Origin: Acidimicrobiia bacterium
GTDB lineage: Bacteria > Actinomycetota > Acidimicrobiia > Spongiisociales > ZC4RG35
DNA: 64,000 nt
Assembly (NCBI GenBank): GCA_965203555.1
Contig: CBDBCY010000004.1
Coordinates: 777,434-841,433, forward strand
Reading direction: 5' to 3'
In this document: in pieces, positions 46,415-56,023 of the stretch
Layout: each line of letters opens with the position of its first letter
Position numbering within the stretch: the first letter of the stretch is position 1
Made by a program: the position numbers and the translations under genes
Notes under the pieces: model-generated
Seen by the model: only the letters and a program-made list of their open reading frames with translations
Databases searched by the model: none
Told to the model about the DNA's origin: nothing

Positions 46415-47475
46415 ACTTCCCGGAACAGGTACGGTCGCAACACGTCCATGCGCCGCTCGATCTCGTCGGGATACAGATACCAGAGCATGGCGGCCACGGT
46501 GGACAGCAGGGGGTTGCCGTCCTGGGGAGTGAATGCAAAGCCCACTACCTGCACCCCGTCCCGGACGGTCAAGGTCGGCGCCGCCACCACCGCGTGAGAA
46601 AGAATCCTGCCATAGTATCCGTGGTCCCTGCCGAAAGAGAACACCTGGTTCGCCGAACTGCGGTAGGTCACCGCCACCCGGGAGTTGGCGTGGAAGCGAT
46701 CCATTACTTCTTCCCTGGTGATCTCCCTGTCCAAAGTGATGGAGAAATGCAGGGTGTGCATGTATTGCGTGTTGAGTTTTATCGCCGATGAATGCAGGCG
46801 CAGATCATGTCCGAGGGTGGAGAACAGCTTGTGCGCGTCACGGGCGTGGTGAGTGCCGAACCTGCCATCCCTGTGGGCGTCCACGGTGGGACTGGCCACG
46901 AATCTGCGATCCTGGCTGATGTCGTTGGCCCTGCGGATGCACAGGAACTCGCCGTTGTCGAGGTGGGAACGGCCATCGGGGTCCATGGCCAGACTTTGGA
47001 TCATGGCCGAGATGTTGTGGGTGTTGCAGGAGACGATGTGGAGGTACCGGTCCCGTTCGGGGTTCAAGACGGCGTCGTTGATCCCCCGGGCATACATCTT
47101 TCCAAACCCGAATTCCGACCCTTGTGCCAGAAACCCGCGGGGGCCTGACAGGGACTCGTAGAACTCGGTTTTGTTCTGGTTGCCGGCCGGGGTGCAGTCG
47201 ATCACCACCGAAGCCCGTTCCAAGGCTTCCAGCTTCTCATATTTGGGACTGTGACCCAGAGCCTGGAACTCGAGGCGACGGTCTTCATCCACGGCCAGCA
47301 TGGCGCCTCTGCGGACCAGATCATCAACCTTGCCGCGTTCGGCCAGCATGGGGGTCCGCTTGTGGAAGGTCACTTCATCCAGACCAAAAGCTTCCCGATT
47401 GTCCGCCAACAAACCGATCAGGGGCTCGCCGATCGTGCCGGTGCCCACTACATGGGCGATCATGCTCTCTGCCAA
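46411..47475 (-). CDS. type II (archaeal-type) glyceraldehyde-3-phosphate dehydrogenase homologue
   Basis: 354 aa. GTGTIG Rossmann N-terminus, VVIDCTP, active-site VSCNTHN (archaeal GAPDH has SCNTT), IRRAND, THHARD. Collinear with archaeal phosphorylating GAPDH as I remember it. Confidence 0.75.
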   Translation of the reverse strand: MAESMIAHVVGTGTIGEPLIGLLADNREAFGLDEVTFHKRTPMLAERGKVDDLVRRGAMLAVDEDRRLEFQALGHSPKYEKLEALERASVVIDCTPAGNQNKTEFYESLSGPRGFLAQGSEFGFGKMYARGINDAVLNPERDRYLHIVSCNTHNISAMIQSLAMDPDGRSHLDNGEFLCIRRANDISQDRRFVASPTVDAHRDGRFGTHHARDAHKLFSTLGHDLRLHSSAIKLNTQYMHTLHFSITLDREITREEVMDRFHANSRVAVTYRSSANQVFSFGRDHGYYGRILSHAVVAAPTLTVRDGVQVVGFAFTPQDGNPLLSTVAAMLWYLYPDEIERRMDVLRPYLFREV

Positions 47476-47614
47476 GAATCTCTCCTCGAAGCGCCGTCAT
47501 GTCAAGGGTAACCCGTCAGTTCTGCTTTCCCCGGAGGAAAACCTCGACCCGCCGGTTCACGTCCGAAGTCGACCGTTCCACTATCCTTCGGTATCGCCTC
47601 ACCCACCGGAGTAC

Positions 47615-49030
47615 ATGACCGCCCCCCAGACCCTTTTCGAAAAAGTGTGGAACCGCCATTTGGTGAGGGAGACCGAAGGCGAGCCGGCCCTGCTTTACAT
47701 CGACCTGCACCTGGTGCATGAGGTCACCTCTCCACAGGCTTTCGACGGTCTCCGCTTGGCCGGTCGGTCGGTGAGAAGGCCGGATTTGACACTGGCCACC
47801 ATCGATCACGGGGTGCCCACCACCGGTCGCGCTCTGGGAATCCGAGACCCTCTCTCAAAAAAGCAGATCGACGCCCTGGTCGCCAATTGCGCCGAATTCG
47901 GTATCACGCTGTATGGATTGGAGGATCCCCGCCAGGGCATAGTGCACGTGATCGGTCCCGAACAGGGCGTAACCCAGCCGGGAATGACCATCGTATGTGG
48001 AGACTCCCATACGTCCACCCATGGCGCCTTCGGAGCGCTGGCTTTCGGGATCGGGACTTCCGAAGTGGAACATGTCCTCGCCACCCAGAGTCTCCCCCAG
48101 CCCCGACCGCGTTCGATGGCCATCACCATCGAGGGAGACCTTCCGGTCGGCGTGACCGCCAAGGACATAATCCTGGGGATCATCGCCAGGATCGGAACGG
48201 CAGGCGGCCAGGGTCATGTCGTCGAGTACCGGGGATCGGCCATAGAGGGACTCTCCATGGAGGGACGGATGACCGTGTGCAACATGTCCATCGAGGCCGG
48301 CGCCCGGGCCGGGATGATCGCCCCCGACGACGTCACCTTCTCCTACCTGCAGGGGCGTCCCCACGCCCCTCGCGGAGCACTCTGGGAGAGGGCACTGGAG
48401 GAGTGGAGATCGCTGCCGACCGATCCGGGCGCGGAGTTCGACACCGAGGTGAGGATCGAGGCGGCGGACCTGCGACCTTATGTCTCCTGGGGCACCAACC
48501 CCGGACAGACCTCGGCGGTCACCGATCAAATCCCCTCTCCCGACGACTTTGAAGACCCGCTGGAACGGGACTCCACTATGAGGGCCCTTGCCTACATGGA
48601 CCTGCAACCCGGCACCCCCATTACCGAGATCACCATCGACCGGGTCTTTTTGGGATCCTGCACGAACGCCCGCATCGAGGATCTCCGCACCGCCGCCGCC
48701 ATTGTCTCCGGCAACAGGGTTCATCCCAATGTCTCCGCCATGGTCGTTCCGGGGTCAGGACTGGTCAAGCAACAAGCCGAGACCGAGGGTCTGGACCTCA
48801 TCTTCAGGGACGCCGGATTCGAGTGGCGCGACGCCGGGTGCTCAATGTGCCTGGGTATGAATCCCGATATCCTGATGCCGGGCGAACGCTGCGCCTCGAC
48901 CTCCAATCGCAATTTCGAAGGCCGCCAGGGACAGGGTGGGCGGACCCACCTGGTCTCTCCGGCTATGGCCGCGGCGGCAGCGGTGTCGGGCAGGTTCGTC
49001 GACATCCGGGAGTGGGAGACCGGCGGATGA
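47615..49030 (+). CDS. leuC: 3-isopropylmalate dehydratase large subunit
   Basis: From [17 protein letters not shown]: [38 protein letters not shown]. The upstream part of ORF 47300.. is antisense to the GAPDH-like gene. Confidence 0.95.
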   Translation: MTAPQTLFEKVWNRHLVRETEGEPALLYIDLHLVHEVTSPQAFDGLRLAGRSVRRPDLTLATIDHGVPTTGRALGIRDPLSKKQIDALVANCAEFGITLYGLEDPRQGIVHVIGPEQGVTQPGMTIVCGDSHTSTHGAFGALAFGIGTSEVEHVLATQSLPQPRPRSMAITIEGDLPVGVTAKDIILGIIARIGTAGGQGHVVEYRGSAIEGLSMEGRMTVCNMSIEAGARAGMIAPDDVTFSYLQGRPHAPRGALWERALEEWRSLPTDPGAEFDTEVRIEAADLRPYVSWGTNPGQTSAVTDQIPSPDDFEDPLERDSTMRALAYMDLQPGTPITEITIDRVFLGSCTNARIEDLRTAAAIVSGNRVHPNVSAMVVPGSGLVKQQAETEGLDLIFRDAGFEWRDAGCSMCLGMNPDILMPGERCASTSNRNFEGRQGQGGRTHLVSPAMAAAAAVSGRFVDIREWETGG

Positions 49031-49632
49031 AATCTGTTTCCGTAATAACCGGCGCCATGCTTCCCCTGCCACGCGCCAACGTGGACACCGATCAAATCAT
49101 GCCCAAGCAATTCCTCAAGCGGGTGGAACGGACCGGATACGGACAGTACCTGTTCTGGGACTGGAAGCGGACTCCCGGTGGGGATCCGGATCCGCAGTTT
49201 CCCCTCAATCAGCCCCAGTACGCCAAAGCGAAAGTCCTGGTGGCCGGACCCAACTTCGGCTGCGGATCCTCGCGGGAACACGCTCCCTGGGGATTGCAGG
49301 ACTGGGGCTTCGAGGCAGTGATCGCTCCGTCCCTGGCCGACATTTTCCGCACCAATTGCACCAAGATCGGACTGTTGCCCATTCAGCTACCGTCCCCGGA
49401 GATTGAGACTTTGACTACCCTCGCCCAACGCCACCCCGACAGCCTGGTCACCATCGACCTGGAGGATCAGACAGTCGAGGCGCCCGGCGTCTCCGCCCAC
49501 TTCGACATGGATCCCTTTACCAAGTGGCGAATGCTCAACGGCTATGACGACATCGGACTCACTCTCCGCCACACCGCCGACATTGACGCATTCGAGCGCA
49601 GCCGGCCCTCCCACCTGCCCTCACTCCGGTAA
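49027..49632 (+). CDS. leuD: 3-isopropylmalate dehydratase small subunit
   Basis: [31 protein letters not shown]..., [18 protein letters not shown] overlaps the leuC stop (ATGA). Confidence 0.94.
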   Translation: MKSVSVITGAMLPLPRANVDTDQIMPKQFLKRVERTGYGQYLFWDWKRTPGGDPDPQFPLNQPQYAKAKVLVAGPNFGCGSSREHAPWGLQDWGFEAVIAPSLADIFRTNCTKIGLLPIQLPSPEIETLTTLAQRHPDSLVTIDLEDQTVEAPGVSAHFDMDPFTKWRMLNGYDDIGLTLRHTADIDAFERSRPSHLPSLR

Positions 49633-49636
49633 GGCC

Positions 49637-50197
49637 GTGGAAGAGCTGCGCAAGAGAATCCTGGAGGCCGGGAGGGTCGAGTCCCAGTTGGTGATCGTGG
49701 ACAGTTTCCTCAATCACCGCACCGACCCCGAGCTGATGACCAAGGTGGGGTATTGGTTGGCTGAACGACTGGGAGACTTCGATGTGGCGGTCACCGCCGA
49801 AGCATCCGGGATTCCGGCGGCTTTTGCCACCGCCCGGGCGGCGGGAAAGCATTTCATCTATGCCAAGAAACAAAACCGTCGGCTCGATCCGCAATTGCAC
49901 CTGATCCGGCAGATCAGTTCCCCCACCAAGGGTGGTACGACCTGGATCACCATTCGCAAGGAACTGCTGGGACAGGGAAAGAACGTGGTGATTGTGGACG
50001 ATTTTCTTTCCCGGGGACGTACCGCCGAGGCTCTCGGTTCCATGATCGAAGAGTCCGGAAACCGGTTGAAGGGGTTCGGCTTCGTAATAGAGAAGACCTT
50101 CACCGGCGGGCGGTCCCTGCTTGAAGAGAATGGATGGAAGGTCGAGTCGGCCGCCATCATCGATTCGATCGAGGACAACCGGATCATCGTTCGGTGA
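49637..50197 (+). CDS. xpt: xanthine phosphoribosyltransferase
   Basis: VEELRKRILEAGRV...VDSFLNHRTDPELM..., PRPP motif VVIVDDFLSRGRTA. Collinear with Bacillus Xpt. GTG start 5 nt after the leuD stop. Confidence 0.88.
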   Translation: MEELRKRILEAGRVESQLVIVDSFLNHRTDPELMTKVGYWLAERLGDFDVAVTAEASGIPAAFATARAAGKHFIYAKKQNRRLDPQLHLIRQISSPTKGGTTWITIRKELLGQGKNVVIVDDFLSRGRTAEALGSMIEESGNRLKGFGFVIEKTFTGGRSLLEENGWKVESAAIIDSIEDNRIIVR

Positions 50198-50260
50198 TTG
50201 CCGATAGAAACTGAAAAGCACTAGCCTCAACTTCACGTACTCATTGCAAGGGAGCCCTCA

Positions 50261-50647
50261 ATGGCAGTGAAATTCCTAAGCCCTGAATGGCTGGCAGAAG
50301 TAACCACCGCCCTGGAAAACCACCAAGGTTTCCAAGACGCGGCCCGAGGCATAGAAATGGGTATCCAGTTCAATGTGCTGGACGCACCCTTCGGTGACAC
50401 CGGTTATCACCTGGTGATCACCCCGCAGGCTGTCACCATCGCCCTCGGCCTCCGTGAAGATCTCGATATCACCATCAACCAGAACTACGAGACCGCCACG
50501 GCCATCATGAGGGGAGACCTCAATGTTCAGGCGGCGTTTATCACCGGCAAGATCAAGGTGTCGGGCAATCTGGCCAAACTCATGGTCCATCGGGCCGGAG
50601 TGGAGCAGTGGCTGGAGGCAGTGAGCCATATAGAGGTCGACTACTAG
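50261..50647 (+). CDS. SCP2 sterol-binding-domain protein
   Basis: 128 aa. LSPEWLAEV..., ...TATAIMRGDLNVQAAFITGKIKVSGNLAKLM. Confidence 0.8.
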   Translation: MAVKFLSPEWLAEVTTALENHQGFQDAARGIEMGIQFNVLDAPFGDTGYHLVITPQAVTIALGLREDLDITINQNYETATAIMRGDLNVQAAFITGKIKVSGNLAKLMVHRAGVEQWLEAVSHIEVDY

Positions 50648-50698
50648 AGGACTCCGACCCTGTCCTGCTGATCTTTCTCCCGGCTATCACCGGGTTGC

Positions 50699-51685
50699 TC
50701 AGACCATCCCCATTTCGACGACGGTGTCACGCTCTTTCACCAGTTCCGCGATCGACCGGTCGATCCTCTCCCGCGAAAAGTCGCCGTGCTCCAGTCCTTG
50801 CACGATCTCCCACTTTCCGTCCCGGGTCCGGCAGGGAAAGGAAGCGCACAATCCCTCGGGTACCCCGTAGGACCCGTCGGAGATCACCGCCATGCTCACC
50901 CAGTCATCGGCCGCAGTCCCCAACACCCAGTCGTGGATGTGGCCGACCGCCGCGTTGGCGGCCGAGGCAGCCGATGACTTGCCCCGGGCCTTGATGATGG
51001 CAGTGCCCCGTCCGGCCACCGTTGGGATAAAATTGTTCTCCACCCAGTCGTGATTTCCCACTACCTCGTAGGCGTTGCGGCCGCCTATTTCGGCGTGAAA
51101 GAGATCGGGATACTGCGTGGCGGAGTGATTCCCCCACACACTCATTTTCTTCACCATGCTGAAAGGTTGGCCTACCCGGTTGGCCACTTTGGCGATCGCC
51201 CGGTTGTGGTCGAGGCGAGTCATAGCGGTGATCTGGGCAGGGTCGATGTTCTTGGCGTTGGCGGCAGTGATGAAAGCGTTGGTGTTGGCCGGGTTACCGA
51301 CCACCAGCACCTTCACATCGGGATCGGCGGCTTCCGATATCGCACGCCCCTGCTGAGAGAAGATCCGGCCGTTGGCCTCCAACAGATCGGCCCTTTGCAT
51401 GTGCGCCATTCGCGGCATGGCGCCCACCAGCAACGCCACATCGGTGTCTGCGAAAGCCTGCTCTACGTCGGTGGTCAGCACCATGCCCTTCAGCAGGGGA
51501 AAAGCGCAGTCCTCCAACTCCATCGCCACGCCCTCCAAGGCCGGAAATCCGGGCACGATCTCCAGAAGCTGCAAGATCACCGGCTGGTCCGGTCCCAGCA
51601 TCTCGCCGGCGGCTATCCGGAACAACAAGCTGTACCCGATCTGGCCGGCGGCGCCCGTTACGGTTACCCGTTGCGGTCGACTCAT
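50699..51685 (-). CDS. mdh: malate dehydrogenase
   Basis: 328 aa. [44 protein letters not shown]. Confidence 0.95.
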   Translation of the reverse strand: MSRPQRVTVTGAAGQIGYSLLFRIAAGEMLGPDQPVILQLLEIVPGFPALEGVAMELEDCAFPLLKGMVLTTDVEQAFADTDVALLVGAMPRMAHMQRADLLEANGRIFSQQGRAISEAADPDVKVLVVGNPANTNAFITAANAKNIDPAQITAMTRLDHNRAIAKVANRVGQPFSMVKKMSVWGNHSATQYPDLFHAEIGGRNAYEVVGNHDWVENNFIPTVAGRGTAIIKARGKSSAASAANAAVGHIHDWVLGTAADDWVSMAVISDGSYGVPEGLCASFPCRTRDGKWEIVQGLEHGDFSRERIDRSIAELVKERDTVVEMGMV

Positions 51686-51843
51686 GAATCAATTCCCTTC
51701 TCGATAACCGGCTGACTGCCAGCACCAATGCTAAATGAAATCCGGCCGGGTAATCAATCCGCGGTGGGTTTTGATAGGCGAGGTCAAGTGGCCGGTTTCA
51801 ATGGTGTGCTGTCTCTATCCTCGTCATTTCCGCGAGCGCGCTT

Positions 51844-53301
51844 TCAGGTGGAAAGCCTGGACAGGGCGTCCCTCAACCTTTCCAATGTCCTGTCTTTTCC
51901 CAAAGCAGCCAGTGACTCGAAGAGAGGAGGGCTGATAGAGGATCCGGTGACCGCCACCCGGACCGGTTGGAACCCTTTCCCGGCGCTGATCCCCATCTCG
52001 CTGATCAGATTACGCAGAGTCTGCTCCACGGTTTCGGTCCGCCAATCACCCAACGTCGCCAATGCGCCGATCGCCCCGGCAAGCACGTCACCTACCCCCT
52101 GCTTTCTCATTACCCTGCGCCACGACCGCGGGTGGTATTCGATCTGGTCCGACAACAGAAAACCAAGTTGGGGACCCACCTCCGACAGCAGTTTCACCCT
52201 CTCCTGGACGAGCGGGAGCACCGGACCGGTCTTCTCCCAGACCGCATCCGGAAGCGGGGCTCTCACGAATTCCTCGGCATAGGGCCGGGCGCGTGCTGAG
52301 AACTCGGATGTGGTGATACGGTTCCGTATGTACTCGCCGTTCATCCATTCCAGCTTCACCGGATCGAACACGGCAGGACTGGAAGAAACATCCGCCAGGT
52401 CGAATGCTTCCACTGCCTCCCGGGGACTGAAGATGGTGACCTCCGGACCGATCGACCATCCCAGCAGCGACAGATAGTTGAACAGGGCCTCGGGCAGGAA
52501 TCCCTTGCGCCGGTATTCACCCACATCGGTGGCGCCGTGACGCTTGGAGAGCTTGCGGCCATCCTGGCCGTGGAGGAGCGGAAGGTGGGCGTAGACCGGC
52601 TCGGGCGCCGACATCGCCCTGGTCAGCTGGATGTGGCGGGGCGTGGAGGGAAGGATGTCCTCCCCACGCGCCACGTGGGTTATCTCATAGTCCACGTCGT
52701 CCACGGTGGACGCCAGGTGGTAGGTGGGAGATCCGTCGCTTCGTAGAATGATAAAGTCGTCGATCACCCGGTGGTCGAAGCGAACCTCCCCTCTCACCAT
52801 ATCGGTGAAGACCGTCACCCCCGGGCGCGGCATACGGAATCTGATTACATGCCGTTCCCCCCTTGCAAGACGTTGCTCGACCTCCCCGGCTTCCAAAGAC
52901 CTGCACCGTCCGTCGTATCCTGGCGGACGTCCCGCCCTCTGAGCCTCTTTTCGGCGCTCCGCCAGTTCTTCGGGGCTGCAAAAGCACCGGTAGGCGGTTC
53001 CATCTTCCACCAGTCGAGCCGCCACTTCCCGGTAGCGACCGAAGCGTCCGCTCTGCCGATACCGGCCGTGCGCACCGCCCACTTCCACTCCCTCATCCCA
53101 GTCGAGCCCCAGCCATCGAAGACCCTCCAGGATCTTTGCTTCGAATTCGGAAGTGGAACGTCGCCGGTCGGTGTCATCCACCCGTACGATGAAAACACCC
53201 TCGTGGCGGCGGGCATAGAGCCAGTTGAACAGGGCGGCGCGGGCGGTGCCGACATGCAGCAGTCCGGTCGGAGAGGGCGCCACCCGCAGACGGGGAGTCA
53301 T
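51844..53301 (-). CDS. gltX: glutamate--tRNA ligase
   Basis: 485 aa. RVAPSPTGLLHVGTARAALFNW (HIGH) and KLSKRHG (KMSKS). Confidence 0.96.
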   Translation of the reverse strand: MTPRLRVAPSPTGLLHVGTARAALFNWLYARRHEGVFIVRVDDTDRRRSTSEFEAKILEGLRWLGLDWDEGVEVGGAHGRYRQSGRFGRYREVAARLVEDGTAYRCFCSPEELAERRKEAQRAGRPPGYDGRCRSLEAGEVEQRLARGERHVIRFRMPRPGVTVFTDMVRGEVRFDHRVIDDFIILRSDGSPTYHLASTVDDVDYEITHVARGEDILPSTPRHIQLTRAMSAPEPVYAHLPLLHGQDGRKLSKRHGATDVGEYRRKGFLPEALFNYLSLLGWSIGPEVTIFSPREAVEAFDLADVSSSPAVFDPVKLEWMNGEYIRNRITTSEFSARARPYAEEFVRAPLPDAVWEKTGPVLPLVQERVKLLSEVGPQLGFLLSDQIEYHPRSWRRVMRKQGVGDVLAGAIGALATLGDWRTETVEQTLRNLISEMGISAGKGFQPVRVAVTGSSISPPLFESLAALGKDRTLERLRDALSRLST

Positions 53302-54050
53302 TCTCTCACCACCGGATTCACCAGCGCCCCGATCCCCTCGATCCGCACCTCCATGATCTCCCCCGGGTATGCAGGTCCTCCACCGTTGGTGGTGCCCGTC
53401 AGGATCACATCCCCGGGAAGGAGAGTCATCACGGAAGAGACGTAGGAGACGAGTTCACCCGGACCGTAAACCATCTCGGAAGAAAATGCCGACTGTCGCA
53501 GGTCATCATCGATCAGGCACTCCACCGGATGCTGCTCCAGCGGATCGAATTCGGTCTCGATCATCGGTCCCAGCGGGCAAAAGGTGTCGAATCCCTTGGC
53601 GCGCGTCAAGTGCTCGGGTCCGCCCATCAGATCAGGCAACCCAACATCGTTGGCGGCCGTGTAACCCAGAATGTAGGCGCCGGCATCCTCCACCCTGACG
53701 TGACGGGCGATCCGGCCGATAATCACCGCCAACTCGGCTTCATAGCTCACCGCCGAGGTCATCGCAGGCACAACTACCCCGGCGCCGGGACCCACCAGGG
53801 AAGTAGTGGGCTTCAAGAACAGATAGGGCTCGACAGGCTGATAGTCGTCCGGGTCGGCGTGGTTGCCGCCCACCCCGATCACCTTGGTGGGCAGCACCGG
53901 CGACAACACCCTTATCTCATCCCAGCCCAGCATCACTTCGGTGGGCTCCCAGACCACAAACGGAGAACCTTCGTACAGGGTGACTCCTTCGATCTCGGCC
54001 ACACCGTAGGCGATGTCGTCTCCGTAGCGAAACCGGACGATCTTTACCAA
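53298..54050 (-). CDS. fumarylacetoacetate hydrolase (FAH) family protein
   Basis: 250 aa. FLKPTTSL, YEAELAVIIG, AANDVGLPD, GTTNGGGP. Confidence 0.88.
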   Translation of the reverse strand: MVKIVRFRYGDDIAYGVAEIEGVTLYEGSPFVVWEPTEVMLGWDEIRVLSPVLPTKVIGVGGNHADPDDYQPVEPYLFLKPTTSLVGPGAGVVVPAMTSAVSYEAELAVIIGRIARHVRVEDAGAYILGYTAANDVGLPDLMGGPEHLTRAKGFDTFCPLGPMIETEFDPLEQHPVECLIDDDLRQSAFSSEMVYGPGELVSYVSSVMTLLPGDVILTGTTNGGGPAYPGEIMEVRIEGIGALVNPVVRE

Positions 54051-54056
54051 GGAGAT

Positions 54057-54536
54057 TCAGTCCAGGTCGGCAATCGCAGACCGCGCAGCACCCGGTGACA
54101 GGCCGAGAAGTTCGTCGCCGATCTCCTCCGCCGCGGCGGCCCCGGGCACCGGCTCATGTCGTGACTTCTTGAGCCAGCGACGACGGCGCTGGCTCGCGGG
54201 ACCTGAGGCTGCGTCCTCGAACCCCAACAGGATCCGCGCCACCTCCAAGTCCTCCGGAACCGGCGCCCGTCCGAACAGGGAAGCCCGGGCAGACATCAGG
54301 GTCACCAACACCGGTTCGGCCTGACTCTCCTCTTCAGAAAGGCCGACCTGCCGGACAATCCGGTACGCCCAACCGGTGTCCGGCCCCGGGCGCCCGAACA
54401 GACCCCCGGGGGATACCTGATGGGGAGCGGTGATCATTCCCGGCCGGTCGGGACGCCATCGAGCCGGCGCCGCCGGGGTCAGAACCGCGCGTGGAAGGTC
54501 CTGGTCAGGTGGATCTATGTTGGGCTGGCGAGTCAT
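54057..54536 (-). CDS. hypothetical protein
   Basis: 159-aa ORF in an operon-like position upstream of the FAH gene. No motif recognised. Confidence 0.5.
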   Translation of the reverse strand: MTRQPNIDPPDQDLPRAVLTPAAPARWRPDRPGMITAPHQVSPGGLFGRPGPDTGWAYRIVRQVGLSEEESQAEPVLVTLMSARASLFGRAPVPEDLEVARILLGFEDAASGPASQRRRRWLKKSRHEPVPGAAAAEEIGDELLGLSPGAARSAIADLD

Positions 54537-54561
54537 CTACGCAGAAGCAGCCGTCGGCCAC

Positions 54562-55476
54562 TTACACATATTCGAGCCAGTGTTCCAACTCCGCATCCCT
54601 CCCGGAAACAAGGCGCTGGAACAGTTCCTGGGCCCGACGGGTGACCGGCCCCGGACGACCGGCCCCTATTGGACGGCTATCGATCTCTCGTACCGGAGTC
54701 ACCTCCGCCGCGGTTCCGGTGAAAAACACCTCATCTGCATTGAAAAGATCACCCCTGGTGAGAGTTGCCTCCCGGATTTCCACACCGTCGCGGGTCAGCA
54801 GGGTCATCACCGTGTCTCTGGTGATTCCATCCAGTATTCCGGAGGCCACCGGGGGTGTGAAGACCACCCCGTCCCGTACCACGAACACGTTCTCGCCGCT
54901 GCCCTCGGAGACGTTTCCATCGGAGTTGAGCAACAGGGCCTCCTCGTATCCGTTGCTGATCGCCTCCATCTTGGCCATCACGCTGTTGAGGTATTGCCCG
55001 CAACCCTTGGCCACCGGAACGAATGCCGCCGAACTGATCCGTCGCCACGAAGACACTCCCACCCGGATTCCGTTCAATACTCCTTCCTCTCCCAGATATG
55101 CACCCCATCTCCAAGCCGCAATGGCCGTGTGCGGGGTGGCGCCGGACGGATTGAGGCCGATGGCGCCCAGCCCGTAGTAGGAGATGGGACGGATGTATCC
55201 AGACTCCAGCCCATTGTCTCTCATTACTGTCTTGCAGGCGTCTACCAATTCTTCCACCGAGTATTCGAGGGGGACGCGGTAGGCCCGGGCGGAACGGTGG
55301 AGCCGCTCAATGTGCTCCGTAAGCCGGAAGACAGCCGTTCCTTTATCGGTCTCATACGCCCGGATTCCCTCGAACACTCCGGTTCCGTAATGAAGGGAGT
55401 TGCTCAGCACGTGAACGGTGGCATCGTCCCAAGCGACGAGTTCCCCGTCCATCCATATATAAAGTGAGGGTTCCAT
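54562..55476 (-). CDS. ilvE: branched-chain amino acid aminotransferase (class IV)
   Basis: From MEPSLYIWMDGELVAWDDATVHV: FEGIRAY, EGSGENVF, GITRDTV, FFTGTAAEVTPV. The ORF is open to 55539. Confidence 0.92.
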   Translation of the reverse strand: MEPSLYIWMDGELVAWDDATVHVLSNSLHYGTGVFEGIRAYETDKGTAVFRLTEHIERLHRSARAYRVPLEYSVEELVDACKTVMRDNGLESGYIRPISYYGLGAIGLNPSGATPHTAIAAWRWGAYLGEEGVLNGIRVGVSSWRRISSAAFVPVAKGCGQYLNSVMAKMEAISNGYEEALLLNSDGNVSEGSGENVFVVRDGVVFTPPVASGILDGITRDTVMTLLTRDGVEIREATLTRGDLFNADEVFFTGTAAEVTPVREIDSRPIGAGRPGPVTRRAQELFQRLVSGRDAELEHWLEYV

Positions 55477-55574
55477 CGCCCCTAGTTTGGCACATTCGGC
55501 GCTGCGTTTATCCGCACATTCCCCCAAAGGCCCTCCCATTTTGATGATATAGGAGCTCGGTACGCTTCACACAG

Positions 55575-56018
55575 ATGCGAAAACGGATTGCCTCCCTGTT
55601 CGGAGTGGGTCTCTTCCTGAACAGAATGCGGGGCTCCGACTCGGGATCGGGCACATTGGGAGCAGCGGTAGGACTGGCTGCAGCCTTGGCGGTCGGGGTA
55701 CTGGGATGGGAGGCGCAGGCCTTGCTGGCCACGGCTGCGGCAGGGGTTTCCGTCTGGAGTTCGCACCCTTTCACCGATGATCCGGGCTGGGTAGTCATCG
55801 ACGAAGCAGCCGGCGCGGCGCTGGCGGTCATCGGACTGGATCTCCCCGGGGCCGTGGCGGGATGGGTGATGTTCCGGCTTGTGGACATCTACAAGATCTT
55901 TCCCGGGATGAAATGGGCCGAACGTCTCCCGGGAGGGTGGGGCGTCACCGGCGACGACCTGGTAGCGGGAGGATACGGCTTGGCGGTTGGTTGGATCGTC
56001 CAACTCTGGCTGGGCTGA
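55575..56018 (+). CDS. pgpA: phosphatidylglycerophosphatase A
   Basis: 147 aa. GSGTLGAAVG..., VVIDEAAG, FRLVDIYKIFP, GWGVTGDDLVAGGY. Confidence 0.9.
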   Translation: MRKRIASLFGVGLFLNRMRGSDSGSGTLGAAVGLAAALAVGVLGWEAQALLATAAAGVSVWSSHPFTDDPGWVVIDEAAGAALAVIGLDLPGAVAGWVMFRLVDIYKIFPGMKWAERLPGGWGVTGDDLVAGGYGLAVGWIVQLWLG

Positions 56019-56023
56019 TCGCA
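55977..56023 (+). repeat. direct repeat copy A (functional 3' end of pgpA)
   Basis: ggcttggcggttggttggatcgtccaactctggctgggctgatcgca. 39/47 identical, ungapped, to 57764-57810. Confidence 0.85.

Noticed and set aside
50681-50698. Hairpin cccggctatcaccggg between the convergent SCP2 and mdh genes
   Set aside because: The stem is only 5 bp and neither strand has a U-tract. This is insufficient to call a bidirectional terminator.
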